DNA of 64,000 nt, taken from the NCBI GenBank assembly GCA_014237925.1, contig JABACB010000001.1, positions 32,374-96,373 on the forward strand, written 5' to 3'. The number at the start of each line of letters is the position of its first letter. Positions within the stretch are counted from its first letter, which is position 1. Below the pieces are notes generated by a model, which did no database searches, was not told the DNA's origin, and worked only from the letters and a program-made list of their open reading frames with translations. The stretch comes from Alphaproteobacteria bacterium (GTDB lineage Bacteria > Pseudomonadota > Alphaproteobacteria > JABAAW01). Both the position numbers and the translations under genes were made by a program. This document shows, one piece after another, positions 27,475-38,000 of this stretch.

Positions 27475-29808
27475 TCAATCGCGGTAAGACGAACGCGGTT
27501 TGGGAGGACCTCGTCGATCGCCTCCCCCCCCTCGTCGGTCGCCTCCACCTCCACCCCCCCGTCGGTCGCCTCCCCCCCCCCGTCGATCGCCTCCACCCCC
27601 TCGTCGATCATCGCCTCCCCCCCCTCGTCGATCGGCGTGATGATCGCGCCGTTCGCCGTCGTCGGCTGCATAGGGCGAGTGGTGAACCTCTTCGCCGTAG
27701 CGTTGTTCGCGCGGTGCTCCGCCGCCGGGGTCTTCCTGAGTTGCGCGAATGGACAGCCCGACCCTACCCTGCTCGTCGATGCGAAGACACTTCACCGTGA
27801 CCTCGTCGCCTACGGCGAGCACATCGGAGACTCTTCCGATGCGGTGGTGGGCGATCTCGGAGATATGCACCAGTCCGTCCTTCCCGCCCAAGAAGTTGAC
27901 GAAGGCGCCGAAGTCCATGATGCGCACCACCTTGCCCTTGTAGACCTTGCCGATTTGCGCGCTTGCGGTCAGCGCCTCGATCTTTTCTATGGCAGCCTCG
28001 ATCGCGCGTTCTTCGACCGCAGCGATGCGCACGGTGCCGTCGTCGTCGATATCGATGCGGGCCCCCGTCGTCTCGCACAGCTCGCGGATGACCTTGCCTC
28101 CCGCGCCGATGACCTCACGGATCTTGTCCTTCGGAACCTTGATCGTGCGCATGCGCGGCGCGTGTTCCGAAAGGCTGTCGCGCGGTTGATCGATGCAGCG
28201 CGACATCGTAGCGAGAATATGAAGACGACCGCGCTCGGCTTGCGCCAGGGCGTGGCGCATGATATCCAGCGTGATCTGTTCGATCTTGATGTCCATTTGC
28301 AAGGCGGTGATGCCTTTCTCGCTGCCGGCGACCTTGAAGTCCATGTCGCCGAGATGATCCTCGTCGCCCAAGATATCGGACAAGACGGCAAACTCTTCCC
28401 CCTCCTTGATCAGTCCCATCGCGATGCCGGCGCAGGCTGCACGCAACGGTACGCCCGCGTCCATCAGCGCCAGCGAGCTGGCGCACACGGTTGCCATCGA
28501 CGACGAGCCGTTCGATTCGGTGATCTCGGAGACCACACGCACCGTGTAGGCGAAATCTTCCTTCGAAGGCATCAGAGGACGAAGCGCACGCCACGCAAGC
28601 TTGCCGTGACCAATCTCACGACGACCAGGAGGACGCATCATGCTCGCCTCGCCGACCGAGTAGGGCGGAAAGTTGTAGTGCACCATGAAGTGCTCACGAT
28701 ACTCGCCCGCCAGCGCATCGACGATTTGCGAATCCTGCGCCGTTCCCAGCGTGGCAACAGCCAGCGCCTGCGTCTCGCCGCGTGTAAACAGCGCCGAGCC
28801 GTGCGTGCGCGCCAAGTAGCCAGCGCGGCAGTCGAGCGCACGAATGTCCTCGAGCCCGCGTGCGTCGATACGCACCTTTTGCTCTAGGATTTTTTTGCGC
28901 ACCATTTTTTTCTCAAGCCCCTTCAACACCTCGAGCACGCCGTTGTCGTCCTCTTGCTCTGCGTAGGCTTGCAAAACCTCGCCACGCAGCTCTTCGAGCG
29001 CTTGGACACGTTCCACTTTCTGGGTCTTCTCGTAGCAGGCTTGAATTCGCGCGCCGAAGGCTTGCGTCATCTTTTCGTCCAGTCCGAGAAGCGCGTCGTT
29101 GGCGCTCGGCACGACAAAGAGATCTTTTCTTGCCTTGCCGCCCAGCTCGGTGATCGCCTCGAGCACGGGTGCAAACGAGCTCTGTCCGAAGGTGAGCGCT
29201 TCCAGCATTTGTTCTTCGCTCAACTCTTTCGCCTCGGATTCGACCATCAGAATGCCGTTCGTCGTGCCGGCAAGCACGAGGTCGAGCTCGCTCTCCTCCA
29301 GCTCGCTCAGGGTTGGGTTCAGAACGGGCTTGCCGTCCATCCAGCCGATGCGCGCCGCGGCGACCGGCGACAGCAGCGGCGCACCAGAGAGGTGTAAGGC
29401 AGCGCTCGCGCCGATCAACGAGGGAATGTCCGCGTCGTTCTGCAAGTCGTGCTCCAACACGGTACAGACGATTTGCGTCTCGCAGCGGTAGCCCTTCGCA
29501 AAAAGAGGACGCAGGGGACGGTCGATGAGGCGTGAGGTCAGCGTCTCCTTTTCGCCGGGGCGACCTTCGCGGCGGAAAAATCCCCCGGGAATCTTGCCGG
29601 CGGCAAAGGTTTTCTCCTGATAGTTCACCGTAAGGGGTAGAAAATTCAACCCTTCGCGCGGCTTGCGCGCATAGACCGCCGTGCATAGAACGCGCGTCGC
29701 CCCATAGCTGACAAGGACGGCACCGTCGGCTTGGCGTGCCAGCAGTCCTGTTTCGAGGCGGAGCTCGCGCTCGCCCCATGAAATTTCTACGGAATGTTCT
29801 TCAAACAT
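27475..29808 (-). CDS. pnp: polynucleotide phosphorylase with C-terminal RGG-repeat tail
   Basis: RNase PH x2, KH and S1 domains. An extra roughly 80-aa tail (DRRGGGG)n is encoded by C8–C10 homopolymer-containing repeats at 27478-27665. Confidence 0.9.
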   Translation of the reverse strand: MFEEHSVEISWGERELRLETGLLARQADGAVLVSYGATRVLCTAVYARKPREGLNFLPLTVNYQEKTFAAGKIPGGFFRREGRPGEKETLTSRLIDRPLRPLFAKGYRCETQIVCTVLEHDLQNDADIPSLIGASAALHLSGAPLLSPVAAARIGWMDGKPVLNPTLSELEESELDLVLAGTTNGILMVESEAKELSEEQMLEALTFGQSSFAPVLEAITELGGKARKDLFVVPSANDALLGLDEKMTQAFGARIQACYEKTQKVERVQALEELRGEVLQAYAEQEDDNGVLEVLKGLEKKMVRKKILEQKVRIDARGLEDIRALDCRAGYLARTHGSALFTRGETQALAVATLGTAQDSQIVDALAGEYREHFMVHYNFPPYSVGEASMMRPPGRREIGHGKLAWRALRPLMPSKEDFAYTVRVVSEITESNGSSSMATVCASSLALMDAGVPLRAACAGIAMGLIKEGEEFAVLSDILGDEDHLGDMDFKVAGSEKGITALQMDIKIEQITLDIMRHALAQAERGRLHILATMSRCIDQPRDSLSEHAPRMRTIKVPKDKIREVIGAGGKVIRELCETTGARIDIDDDGTVRIAAVEERAIEAAIEKIEALTASAQIGKVYKGKVVRIMDFGAFVNFLGGKDGLVHISEIAHHRIGRVSDVLAVGDEVTVKCLRIDEQGRVGLSIRATQEDPGGGAPREQRYGEEVHHSPYAADDGERRDHHADRRGGGGDDRRGGGGDRRGGGGDRRGGGGGGDRRGGGGDRRGPPKPRSSYRD

Positions 29809-29891
29809 GATGGATAATAGTCTCCTAATCGTTGGGGGATGTAAGTCGGGGGATAGATTCGAAAAAGACGCTCAACGACAAGGCAACGCGC

Positions 29892-29914
29892 AACAAGAGA
29901 CGAGATTCGTCTCT
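29892..29914 (-). promoter_or_regulatory. 10-bp-stem hairpin in the rpsO–pnp intergenic region (rpsO terminator or pnp leader processing hairpin)
   Basis: CAAGAGACGA-gat-TCGTCTCTTG perfect palindrome. In other bacteria this position holds the RNase III-processed pnp leader hairpin. Confidence 0.4.
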
Positions 29915-29954
29915 TGCTCGGTGGCGATGGTCGTAAGCTTCCGTTGTATGCGGA

Positions 29955-30224
29955 CTATCGTCGCAGACCCAAGTCGGCGACGATCTTCTGATAGCGTTCT
30001 TCACTAGCCTTTTTGACAAAATCGAGCAGTCGGCGCCTCTGCCCTACCATTAACAATAATCCACGGCGCGAGTGGTAGTCTTTCTTGTGAACCTTCATAT
30101 GCTCGGTCAACTGTACGATGCGACCGCTCAACAGCGCAACCTGTACCTCAGGCGATCCCGTGTCGGCGTTGCTACGACCGTGCTTCTGGATTAGCGAAGT
30201 CTTGTGGTCCTTGGCGAGCGGCAT
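29955..30224 (-). CDS. rpsO: 30S ribosomal protein S15
   Basis: [46 protein letters not shown] is S15. Start at the internal Met, since the longer ORF reads through an upstream 18-bp repeat array. Confidence 0.85.
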   Translation of the reverse strand: MPLAKDHKTSLIQKHGRSNADTGSPEVQVALLSGRIVQLTEHMKVHKKDYHSRRGLLLMVGQRRRLLDFVKKASEERYQKIVADLGLRR

Positions 30225-30229
30225 CGAAA

Positions 30230-30322
30230 AAGCGAAAGAGGAAAAGATTGCAAAAGAGGAAAAGATTGCAAAAGAGGAAAAGATTGCAAAAGAGGAAGAG
30301 ATTGCAAAAGAGGAAGAGATTG
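30230..30322. repeat. tandem repeat, 18-bp unit gcaaaagaggaaaagatt x5 upstream of rpsO
   Basis: Direct reading. Confidence 0.9.
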
Positions 30323-30351
30323 TTAGTGTTCTCAACACATTCGCAACTACT

Positions 30352-31512
30352 CTACAAGCTGTTTTGTGGCGGCGCAACATTTTTTCTTACATTCTTGAAA
30401 GAAGACCTCGCACGATCCTTGCCGCGCTGCGATTCACTAAGAGCCTGCGGCTTGGCGACAAAAAGACGCAACGCCTTCAAACGTCCCTGCAGAAGGCTGC
30501 CGACACCCAGCAGCCGAGCGTTCGACGAAAAAACTGCCATAGAATCGCCGCTCGAACAATGCGAAGCAGAGCCACCGCCAGCCAGGGCAAGGCGTTCTTG
30601 CTGTTCGGGTTGCGCAAAAAGCACGCCCAGCCCGCGACAGAATTGTTGTTGTTCCCAAGGCTCCAGCGTCAAGCGCGGCATCGCGCCCAGCGCGCTCTCG
30701 ACAGGCAAGAGAAGCTCGCCGAGCCGAGAAAGCGTTTCGTCGTACAAAAGCGGCACTTCCGAAACTTCCGAATCTTCTGAAACTTCCGAAACTTCCGAAT
30801 TTTCCGAAGCTTCTGAAGCTGCCTGTCGCCTGTCGAACAGCGCTTCCAACTTCTCCAGCGATACGGCGTGCTGCTCGGTGAAGGTGCCGACCTTGCTGCG
30901 GCGCAGGCTTTGCAGACGACCGAAGCAACCGAGACGCTCGCCCAAGTCTCTGGCGATCGCGCGCATATAGGCGCCCTTGCCCGCTTCGACCGAAAAACGA
31001 GCCTTGTCCTTGTCGAGAACCTCGACAAGCCGTATGCAGAAAATGCGCACCTTGCGCGGCTGCAGGCAAACCTCCTCGCCTTGTCGTGCCAACGCATAGG
31101 CGCGCTTGCCGCCTACGCGCAACGCCGAGAAGCGCGGCGGGCGCTGGACAATCTCGCCTGTGAACTCGGGCAAAAGGCTTTCGATGGCATCGCGGCTCGG
31201 ACGCGCAACGCTGCTCGCTTCGACCTCCCCTTCCGAATCGTCCGTCGTGCTGCGCTCCCCCCAGCGCACCACCATATCGTAGACCTTTGTGCCGTCCATC
31301 GCGTAGGAAACCGTCTTCGTCGCCGACCCCAACGCCAGCGGAAGCAGCCCCTCCGCAGCAGGATCCAGCGTGCCGGCATGTCCGCACTTGCGCGCTCGCA
31401 ACAAAGACTGAACACGAGCAACCGCAACCGTCGAGCGCAAGCCAACAGGCTTGTCCAAGACCAGCCAGCCGTTCAGCGCAAGTCCGTGTTTTCTTATCTG
31501 ACGAAGTCCCAT
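30352..31512 (-). CDS. truB: tRNA pseudouridine(55) synthase
   Basis: GHAGTLDP catalytic motif. A repeat-encoded insertion ([22 protein letters not shown]) and a C-terminal extension make it about 386 aa. Confidence 0.8.
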   Translation of the reverse strand: MGLRQIRKHGLALNGWLVLDKPVGLRSTVAVARVQSLLRARKCGHAGTLDPAAEGLLPLALGSATKTVSYAMDGTKVYDMVVRWGERSTTDDSEGEVEASSVARPSRDAIESLLPEFTGEIVQRPPRFSALRVGGKRAYALARQGEEVCLQPRKVRIFCIRLVEVLDKDKARFSVEAGKGAYMRAIARDLGERLGCFGRLQSLRRSKVGTFTEQHAVSLEKLEALFDRRQAASEASENSEVSEVSEDSEVSEVPLLYDETLSRLGELLLPVESALGAMPRLTLEPWEQQQFCRGLGVLFAQPEQQERLALAGGGSASHCSSGDSMAVFSSNARLLGVGSLLQGRLKALRLFVAKPQALSESQRGKDRARSSFKNVRKNVAPPQNSL

Positions 31513-31679
31513 AGAAAGCAGCAACAGAGAAAGGAAGAGAGAGAGGAAGAGAGGAGGAGGGGAAGAGAGGAAGAAGAGAGATTTTGCGTGTCGTGCGCCG
31601 AGCAGTGTTGCATATAATCCCAGCAGAAAACAACTTTCTCGAAAAAAAAAACGACACAGAGAACGACACAGAGAACGAC

Positions 31680-32534
31680 ATGGCACCGCCGCAAACAAAC
31701 TGGGCGCAGGTCGTCTGGCGCAAGAACGACACGCCTTACGCGCCAGCGTACGACGACGGCTATTTCGGAGAAACCGACCCCGCAGCAGAGGCGCACCATG
31801 TTTTCTGCAAGGGATTAGCCCTGCCCGACGCATGGAAGACCTTCTTCGAAGACAAAACAACCTTTCGCATCGTCGAGCTGGGATTCGGCACAGGACTCAA
31901 CTTTCTGCAAACAGCGCAACTATGGCAAAAATGGCAGGAAAAATGGCAGGAAAAGACGCAGAACGAAGGCACCGTCGAGAACAAGCCTCTTTTGGATTAC
32001 TGGGGCATCGAAGCCCATCCCTTGCGCGTCAAAGACTTGCAGCACTTCTACCGTCGCCACGAGGTGTGCGGCGCAGGCAACCTGTTGCAGGCGTGGAAGG
32101 GGTTGCCAACTTCTGTCGCCAACAACCCCCGCCTCCCCCTCCGCAAGCACACGCTGCGCTGGGAGTTCGCGCCCTCGATCCGCCTCACCTTGTTGTTGCA
32201 AGATGTCGAGCGCGCGCTTGCAAGCATCGTTGCAACCCTTGCGCACGAGGTCGACGGGTGGTACTGCGACGGTTTTGCGCCACGATCCAACCCTGCCATG
32301 TGGAGCGACAAGGTGTTCGCCGCCCTCGCGTACTGTACGCGTGCGCGTACGTCCTTCCCGCAACTCGCCAGCTTTTCGGTCGCAAAAAGCGTACGGACAA
32401 GGGCGAACGCTTACGGATTTCACACGCGCAAAAGAAAGGGATGGTGCGCAAAAAGAGAGGTGCTGCAAGGATTCTTCAGAGGAAACCTCACCCCTCCCGT
32501 GAATTCGACACAGAGTTCGACACAACAAGCATGA
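31680..32534 (+). CDS. MnmC-like tRNA methyltransferase domain protein (DUF752), stand-alone
   Basis: FGETDP...ELGFGTGLNFL SAM-MTase motif. In-frame WQKWQEKWQEK repeat. TGA overlaps the ATG of the next gene (ATGA). Confidence 0.6.
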   Translation: MAPPQTNWAQVVWRKNDTPYAPAYDDGYFGETDPAAEAHHVFCKGLALPDAWKTFFEDKTTFRIVELGFGTGLNFLQTAQLWQKWQEKWQEKTQNEGTVENKPLLDYWGIEAHPLRVKDLQHFYRRHEVCGAGNLLQAWKGLPTSVANNPRLPLRKHTLRWEFAPSIRLTLLLQDVERALASIVATLAHEVDGWYCDGFAPRSNPAMWSDKVFAALAYCTRARTSFPQLASFSVAKSVRTRANAYGFHTRKRKGWCAKREVLQGFFRGNLTPPVNSTQSSTQQA

Positions 32535-33712
32535 CGCTCGAAAATGTTGCCGTCGCAAATGTTGCTGTCGTAGGTGGCGGTATCGCAGCCTTCGCCGCGC
32601 GCAGTGCCTTGCGTGCTGCGGGCTTTCGAACGCTCGCCCTTGTCGGAACAGAACCGCCCGTCGCTCCCGAACGCCTGCTCGTCTGCCCGCGTCTGCAACG
32701 CGGAGAAAGTGCTTACGCGCGTTTCTTGCGCGACGCCTACCGAGAAGCCTGCGCCTTCTACGAACGATCACCGCACAACAAAGCGATCGTAGCACGCGGC
32801 GCGTTGCGACTGCCACAAAGCGCAGAAGAGCAAAAACGCTGGCGTGCGCTCGCACAGGAGCTGCCGAATCTCTGTCGCTGGCTGAGCGCGAGCGAGGCGC
32901 AACGCAAGAGCGGGTTGCAAAAAAACGCCGCGCGCTGGGGAGGAATCTTGTTGCCCCACGCGCTCGTCCTTCAACCCCGACGATTGTGGGAGCAAGACGA
33001 GACGACCCTTAAGGTTAGCGTCACGCGCACGACACAAGAGGCGGACGGAAGCTGGAGGCTTGTTGCAAAGAACGAAGAAGGCGAGCAAAAAATCTTGAAG
33101 GCAGAAGCGGTCGTGCTTGCGCTCGGCGCGCATCTCCCTGCTTTCCTTCAAGAAAGCGTCTTCGCGCGCTCCTTGCCTCCCTTGAAAAACTTGCTCGCTG
33201 CTTTGCAGAAGGGTCGCGGGCGAATCGACATCTGCGACAGGGCTGCCTTGTCCTGCCCGCCGCTGTTGCCCGTGTGCGCTTCAGGATGGGTCATGGCGTA
33301 TCCGCGTGCGCGTGTAGGGGTTGTGCGCGGAACCGCGCCTTCGCGCGCGCACGAGGGGGAGCATGAAAACCGCAAGCGGCTCCATCAATGGTGCGGACTG
33401 CCCGTCTCCGAGATGAGCGCGACGGAGGCGCGCTTCAAAAAACCTTTCGAGAAGCCTTTCGAGAAACCCTACGAAGCCTCGCGCTTGTCTACGCGCGACC
33501 GCCTGCCTTTGTTGGGAGAGATTCCTTGCAACGGAAACAACAAGTCGAGCCGCCTCTTCTTGTTTGCCGGCTTGGGCGGACACGGCTTCCTCACCGCGCC
33601 CTTGTGCGCGCAAAAACTCGTCCGCCTGTTGCAGAGACACGACGCGATGTCTGTGCCAGCCGAGACGACCCTTCTTTCTCCGCAGAGGTTTTTGTCGTCC
33701 CCCCGCCGCTAA
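32531..33712 (+). CDS. MnmC-like FAD-dependent oxidoreductase domain protein (DAO family), stand-alone
   Basis: VAVVGGGIAAFAAR Rossmann FAD motif and C-terminal GLGGHGF. In-frame KPFEKPFEKPYE repeat. Confidence 0.6.
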   Translation: MTLENVAVANVAVVGGGIAAFAARSALRAAGFRTLALVGTEPPVAPERLLVCPRLQRGESAYARFLRDAYREACAFYERSPHNKAIVARGALRLPQSAEEQKRWRALAQELPNLCRWLSASEAQRKSGLQKNAARWGGILLPHALVLQPRRLWEQDETTLKVSVTRTTQEADGSWRLVAKNEEGEQKILKAEAVVLALGAHLPAFLQESVFARSLPPLKNLLAALQKGRGRIDICDRAALSCPPLLPVCASGWVMAYPRARVGVVRGTAPSRAHEGEHENRKRLHQWCGLPVSEMSATEARFKKPFEKPFEKPYEASRLSTRDRLPLLGEIPCNGNNKSSRLFLFAGLGGHGFLTAPLCAQKLVRLLQRHDAMSVPAETTLLSPQRFLSSPRR

Positions 33713-33718
33713 GCCCTC

Positions 33719-34957
33719 TCAGGCGGCGGCATGGGCGAGCGCGCCTCGATCTTCCTTGATCGGATAGTGAAAGGCGGCGGCGATCAAGCCCAGCAGCACG
33801 GCGAGCCACCACATCGGATCGTAGCTGTGGAAGGTGCGGAAGATCACGCCGCCAAGCCACGCGCCGAAGAACGAGCCAATCTGGTGCGAGAGAAAAACGA
33901 TGCCGTAGAGCATCGCCATGTTCGGCGCACCGAAGAAGGAAAGCACCAGCCCGCTCGTCGGCGGCACCGTGCTGAGCCACAGCAATCCCATCATGCTGGC
34001 AAAAATCGCCGCCGTCAGAGGCGTCTTGTCCGCGAGCAAGAACAAGACGATCACCACAGAGCGCAGCGTGTAGATAAGGGTCAGAATCGTCTTCTTGCGC
34101 ATGATTCTGCCGCCCAGCCAGCCGCTCAACAGCGTGCCGAAAATGTTGCCCAGCCCGATCAATGCCAGCGCCGTCGTCGCCGCAGAGCGCGGAAGACCGA
34201 TATCGTTAAAGTAGCTCGGAAGATGCGTTGCGACGAAGACAACTTGAAAACCACAGACAAAGAATCCTGTTGTCAGCAACAGATAGCTGCCGTGGCGCGT
34301 CGCTTGCGCAAAGGCTTTCACCGCAGGGAGGGAAGGGCGTGAAGAACGTTTGCGCTCGGCAAGCGCAAACGCGCCCGGCAGCATCGAGAGCGCGCACAGC
34401 GCGAGCAGCGCGCAAGCGACGGGCAGCTCGAAGTTGGCGAGCGCAAAGCCCTCCAGAGGAACGACGACAAACGCGCCCACAGAGCCTGCCGTTGAGACAA
34501 GACCCAACCCCATCGCTTGGCGAGCAGGAGGAGCTGCGCGCGACAGCGCACCGAAGACGACACCGAAGGTCGTCGCGGCAAGCGCGATACCGATCAGCAT
34601 TTGTCCGCTGTAGAAACCCAAGATCGAATGTCCCATCAAGCCTAGCCCCGTCGCGTAGCACAAGGCGCCCAGTGCCGCCACACGACCCGCGCCGTAACGA
34701 TCGGCGAGCGCACCGCAAAAAGGCGATGCCAAGCCCCAAAGAAGATTTTGAATCGCTACCGCGAGCGAAAAACTGCCGATGCTCAACCCGACCGCGTTCG
34801 ACAAGGGAGCGGCAAAAAGTCCGAACCCATGCCGCAACCCCATGCCCCAAAACAAAAGCCAAATGCCTCCTGCCAGCACAAAAAGCCACCGATGCCCACC
34901 GCTCGCCTCGTCTCTTGTATACTCTCTTGTCATGGTTCCTTCTCTTGTTCGGGGCAA
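33719..34957 (-). CDS. MFS transporter
   Basis: 12 predicted TM helices with the MFS GxxxDRxG-like motif (GALADRYGAGRV). Confidence 0.75.
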   Translation of the reverse strand: MPRTREGTMTREYTRDEASGGHRWLFVLAGGIWLLFWGMGLRHGFGLFAAPLSNAVGLSIGSFSLAVAIQNLLWGLASPFCGALADRYGAGRVAALGALCYATGLGLMGHSILGFYSGQMLIGIALAATTFGVVFGALSRAAPPARQAMGLGLVSTAGSVGAFVVVPLEGFALANFELPVACALLALCALSMLPGAFALAERKRSSRPSLPAVKAFAQATRHGSYLLLTTGFFVCGFQVVFVATHLPSYFNDIGLPRSAATTALALIGLGNIFGTLLSGWLGGRIMRKKTILTLIYTLRSVVIVLFLLADKTPLTAAIFASMMGLLWLSTVPPTSGLVLSFFGAPNMAMLYGIVFLSHQIGSFFGAWLGGVIFRTFHSYDPMWWLAVLLGLIAAAFHYPIKEDRGALAHAAA

Positions 34958-35066
34958 AGACCGCTCGCCTGCGACGATAGCACAACTTAATGTTACTTGC
35001 CTGTTTTGCCCTGTCGTTCGAATCTAGTCTGCCGAGGACTCTCTCTCGCGCACGCGATAAAAATCC

Positions 35067-38000
35067 ATGAAACGACAACTCACCTTGCGACAGCTCATCT
35101 TCTCGGCTCTCTTGGCGGGAGTGCAGAACCTGCTCTCCTCCTTTCTGACGCTGGCACTCTGCCTCAGTCTGCTGCTCGTGATGCAAAGCGAACGCATCGA
35201 CAAGGTCGCGCGGTGGGTCAAGGCAGAGCCGGCAACGCGCGCGCGCATGCTCGAAACATGGCTTGCAAAAAGAGACTTCGTCGAGCGCGTCGCCATCGCG
35301 AAGGTTGAACGCGCTGTCGAGCGCAATCAGGATGCGCACAAGAAAGGATGGATCGTCTCCGAGGCTTCCTTCTTGCTTGCATCGGGGGTCGAGGCGCGTT
35401 TCCGTAGCCTCTCCTTGAGTCCCCGTCAGCTGCGCGTACAAGGTCTACAAGTCCTCGGGTTACGAGTCGTCGACACAGCAGAGACAGCAGAAGACAAGAG
35501 GCAGAAAAGAAACACGAAGAGACCCACGAAAGAATTTTGGTACAAGATCGTGCGACAGATAGGGTTTATCACCTCGCTTGCAACCGAGCATACCCTCAAG
35601 CTTGAAGACAGCCTCATTCTGCTCGAAGACAACAAAGGACAACCCTTGCTACGCCTGCGCTTCGCTTTGATCGTAGCCGACAATCGCAACGGACTGACTT
35701 GGCGCGGTCACGGTTTCGCCGAAGGGGGCGGCGCAGAATCACGCCAGCCCGTCGTTCTCGCCGGCAGCTACGCAATCGCATCGAAAAGGCTGTTCCAGTC
35801 GCTCCGCATCGAAGGCTTCTCGCCAAGAGAAGCGTTAAGCCTGATCGATCGCAACAAAACCTTCGACGACAAACCCGCGGCAGAAGCAGGCAGCAAGCAG
35901 ACAAACCTAGCCCAACACTCCAAGACAACCCGCCGCTGGCTCGAAGGCAAAGGACAAGTCTCGCTCGACTACCGTCTCGATCTTAGAGAGAGACAAAGCT
36001 GGTTCAGAGCGCGTTTTGTGCGCAACACCAATGCCAACGTGCTTGACAAGAAAGCCGCGCTCGCCTTCGACCATTCGATCGACAGTCGTCGAACAGGCTC
36101 GACGAACACAAGCCTCAGCGTTCGTGCGTTGCCGCTCGACATCGTTTGGCACGCAAGCGATCTGCTGCTGCCCGCCCGTCTCTCGCGCCAAGCAATGCCG
36201 TTTCGATTGGAAGGAACCGTATCAGGAAGGGTGTCGCTGCAACAGCAACAACAGCAACCCAGACAATTCTTGGGAAACCTATTGCTGGAGACGCCGCGAT
36301 TCCGATGGAACGAAAGCGACAAGAGCGCGCTCGCTCATCGACTGACGCTTTCGATCGAGGGCAACGACGAGCGATTGCAGATCGCAGCCTCCCTCGACTT
36401 CGATCCTGCCAAAGAGTCGGGACTCGACAACAGCATCGTGATCCTGCCGTACGAAGAAAGCGCACCGCAGCAGAACATCCGCCCCGCGCGATTGAGTTCG
36501 AGGGAACGCAAAAAAATCCATCCCTCCAAGTTTCGCCTCACGCTGGAAGGAACCAGCCGCGGCGGTGTGCCTATCCAAACCGTGCGCACCTTATGGCCTC
36601 CGCGCTTCAAACCCCAAACGCGGGCTGTCGTCGTCGAAGTCGTCAAAGAAGGAGAACTGACAGATCTGACGCTCGCGCTCGATGCCCTCATCGATCGCAA
36701 AGCGAAGACGCGCCGCTTGACAAACTTGGACGGCAGCTTTCTGTGGCAGAAAGGACGCTTGCAACTCTTCGCCGCGCCCGCAACCCTCACAGACATCAAG
36801 GCACGCGCACGTTTCACCAAGCGCGAGATCCTCTTCAAGGTTGCGCGCGCGCGCTACGGCGACTTTCGAATCGATGAGGGTGGCGAGGTTTCCTTTGAAC
36901 GAAAGACCTTGGCGAACGACGAGAAACATACACGGATGCGACTTGCCATCAAAGGCGAAGGGGCGGCAGAATCCTTGCGTCGCTTCGCTCTCAACGCGCC
37001 GTTCTTACAAGAGCTCACAAGTCTGCAACGGAGCGCGCGATGGCTGCCTCGTGCGCCGCGCGCAACCGCGAAGGGACATTTCAACTTGACCGCCTTCCTC
37101 GCTCAGCTGGATGTCGAGGCACCCGAGACGATCTTTCCTAGTCTCCTCTCCTACGACACGGCTTGGCAGGTGGAGAGTATTCGTTTGCAAGCACCCTTCC
37201 TGCGTTTCTACGAAGGATCGGCAACCCTTACATCCTCGAGTTCCGTTCCGCTCTTGCTGGCAGCGCGCTTGGACAGCGACAGAGGGTTGACCCTAAAAGG
37301 ACGATGGCATATCGCCTTGCCGAACGCGAAAGCCGTTCGACAGCGACAAGAAGTGCAACGCTTGACCTTGCAAGGATCGCTGGACGCGAAAGCCCTCGAA
37401 GACGATTTCGCCTATCTGCCGAAAGACTGGATCCAACAAGACCTTCCGTTGTCTCTCTCCTACAGGGAGAAGGCGGGCGTATCGACGCAAGGGTTGTTGA
37501 GCTTAGTCTTCCCGCGTTCGCGCCTGCGCGTCGAAAGCTCACAACCCGTCAGAGACGAGACCGTCCGCCTGTCGGGAAGCATCTTGCGCAAAGAAACGAA
37601 CACAAACTCAGACGCCAGCACGCAGAGCCAGACACAAGCTCCTGCTTGGCAGATCGAAGGCAAATTCCGTCCGCAAGGAAAAACAGCGATCCTGATCGAG
37701 AGAGGCAGGGGAGAGCAGAAGCGAAAGTCCCTTGCTATGTCGCTGGAAAATCTACCGAGCCTCGAAGGCAAGACGACGCCAGAAACGACGCCCAAACAAA
37801 AAACGCCCGCCGAGTGGCGACTCACATTGGCGGGAGAGCAATTGGATCTGTCGCGGTGGCTGGAGCAAAAGCCCTGGCGCACCTTCACCGAAAAGAAGAG
37901 GGGAGAAGAGAAGGGAGGCGAAGCTCTCCCTTCGTTAGGATGGGGAGGGTTGTTCAATCTCACCTTCGATGCAAGGCTGAAAAAACTGCAACTGCAAAAA

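Noticed and set aside
26095-28887. 930-aa ORF on the plus strand
   Set aside because: It lies entirely antisense to the strongly conserved rpsB and pnp genes. High-GC DNA produces long spurious antisense ORFs. Its composition is R/A-rich with no homology.
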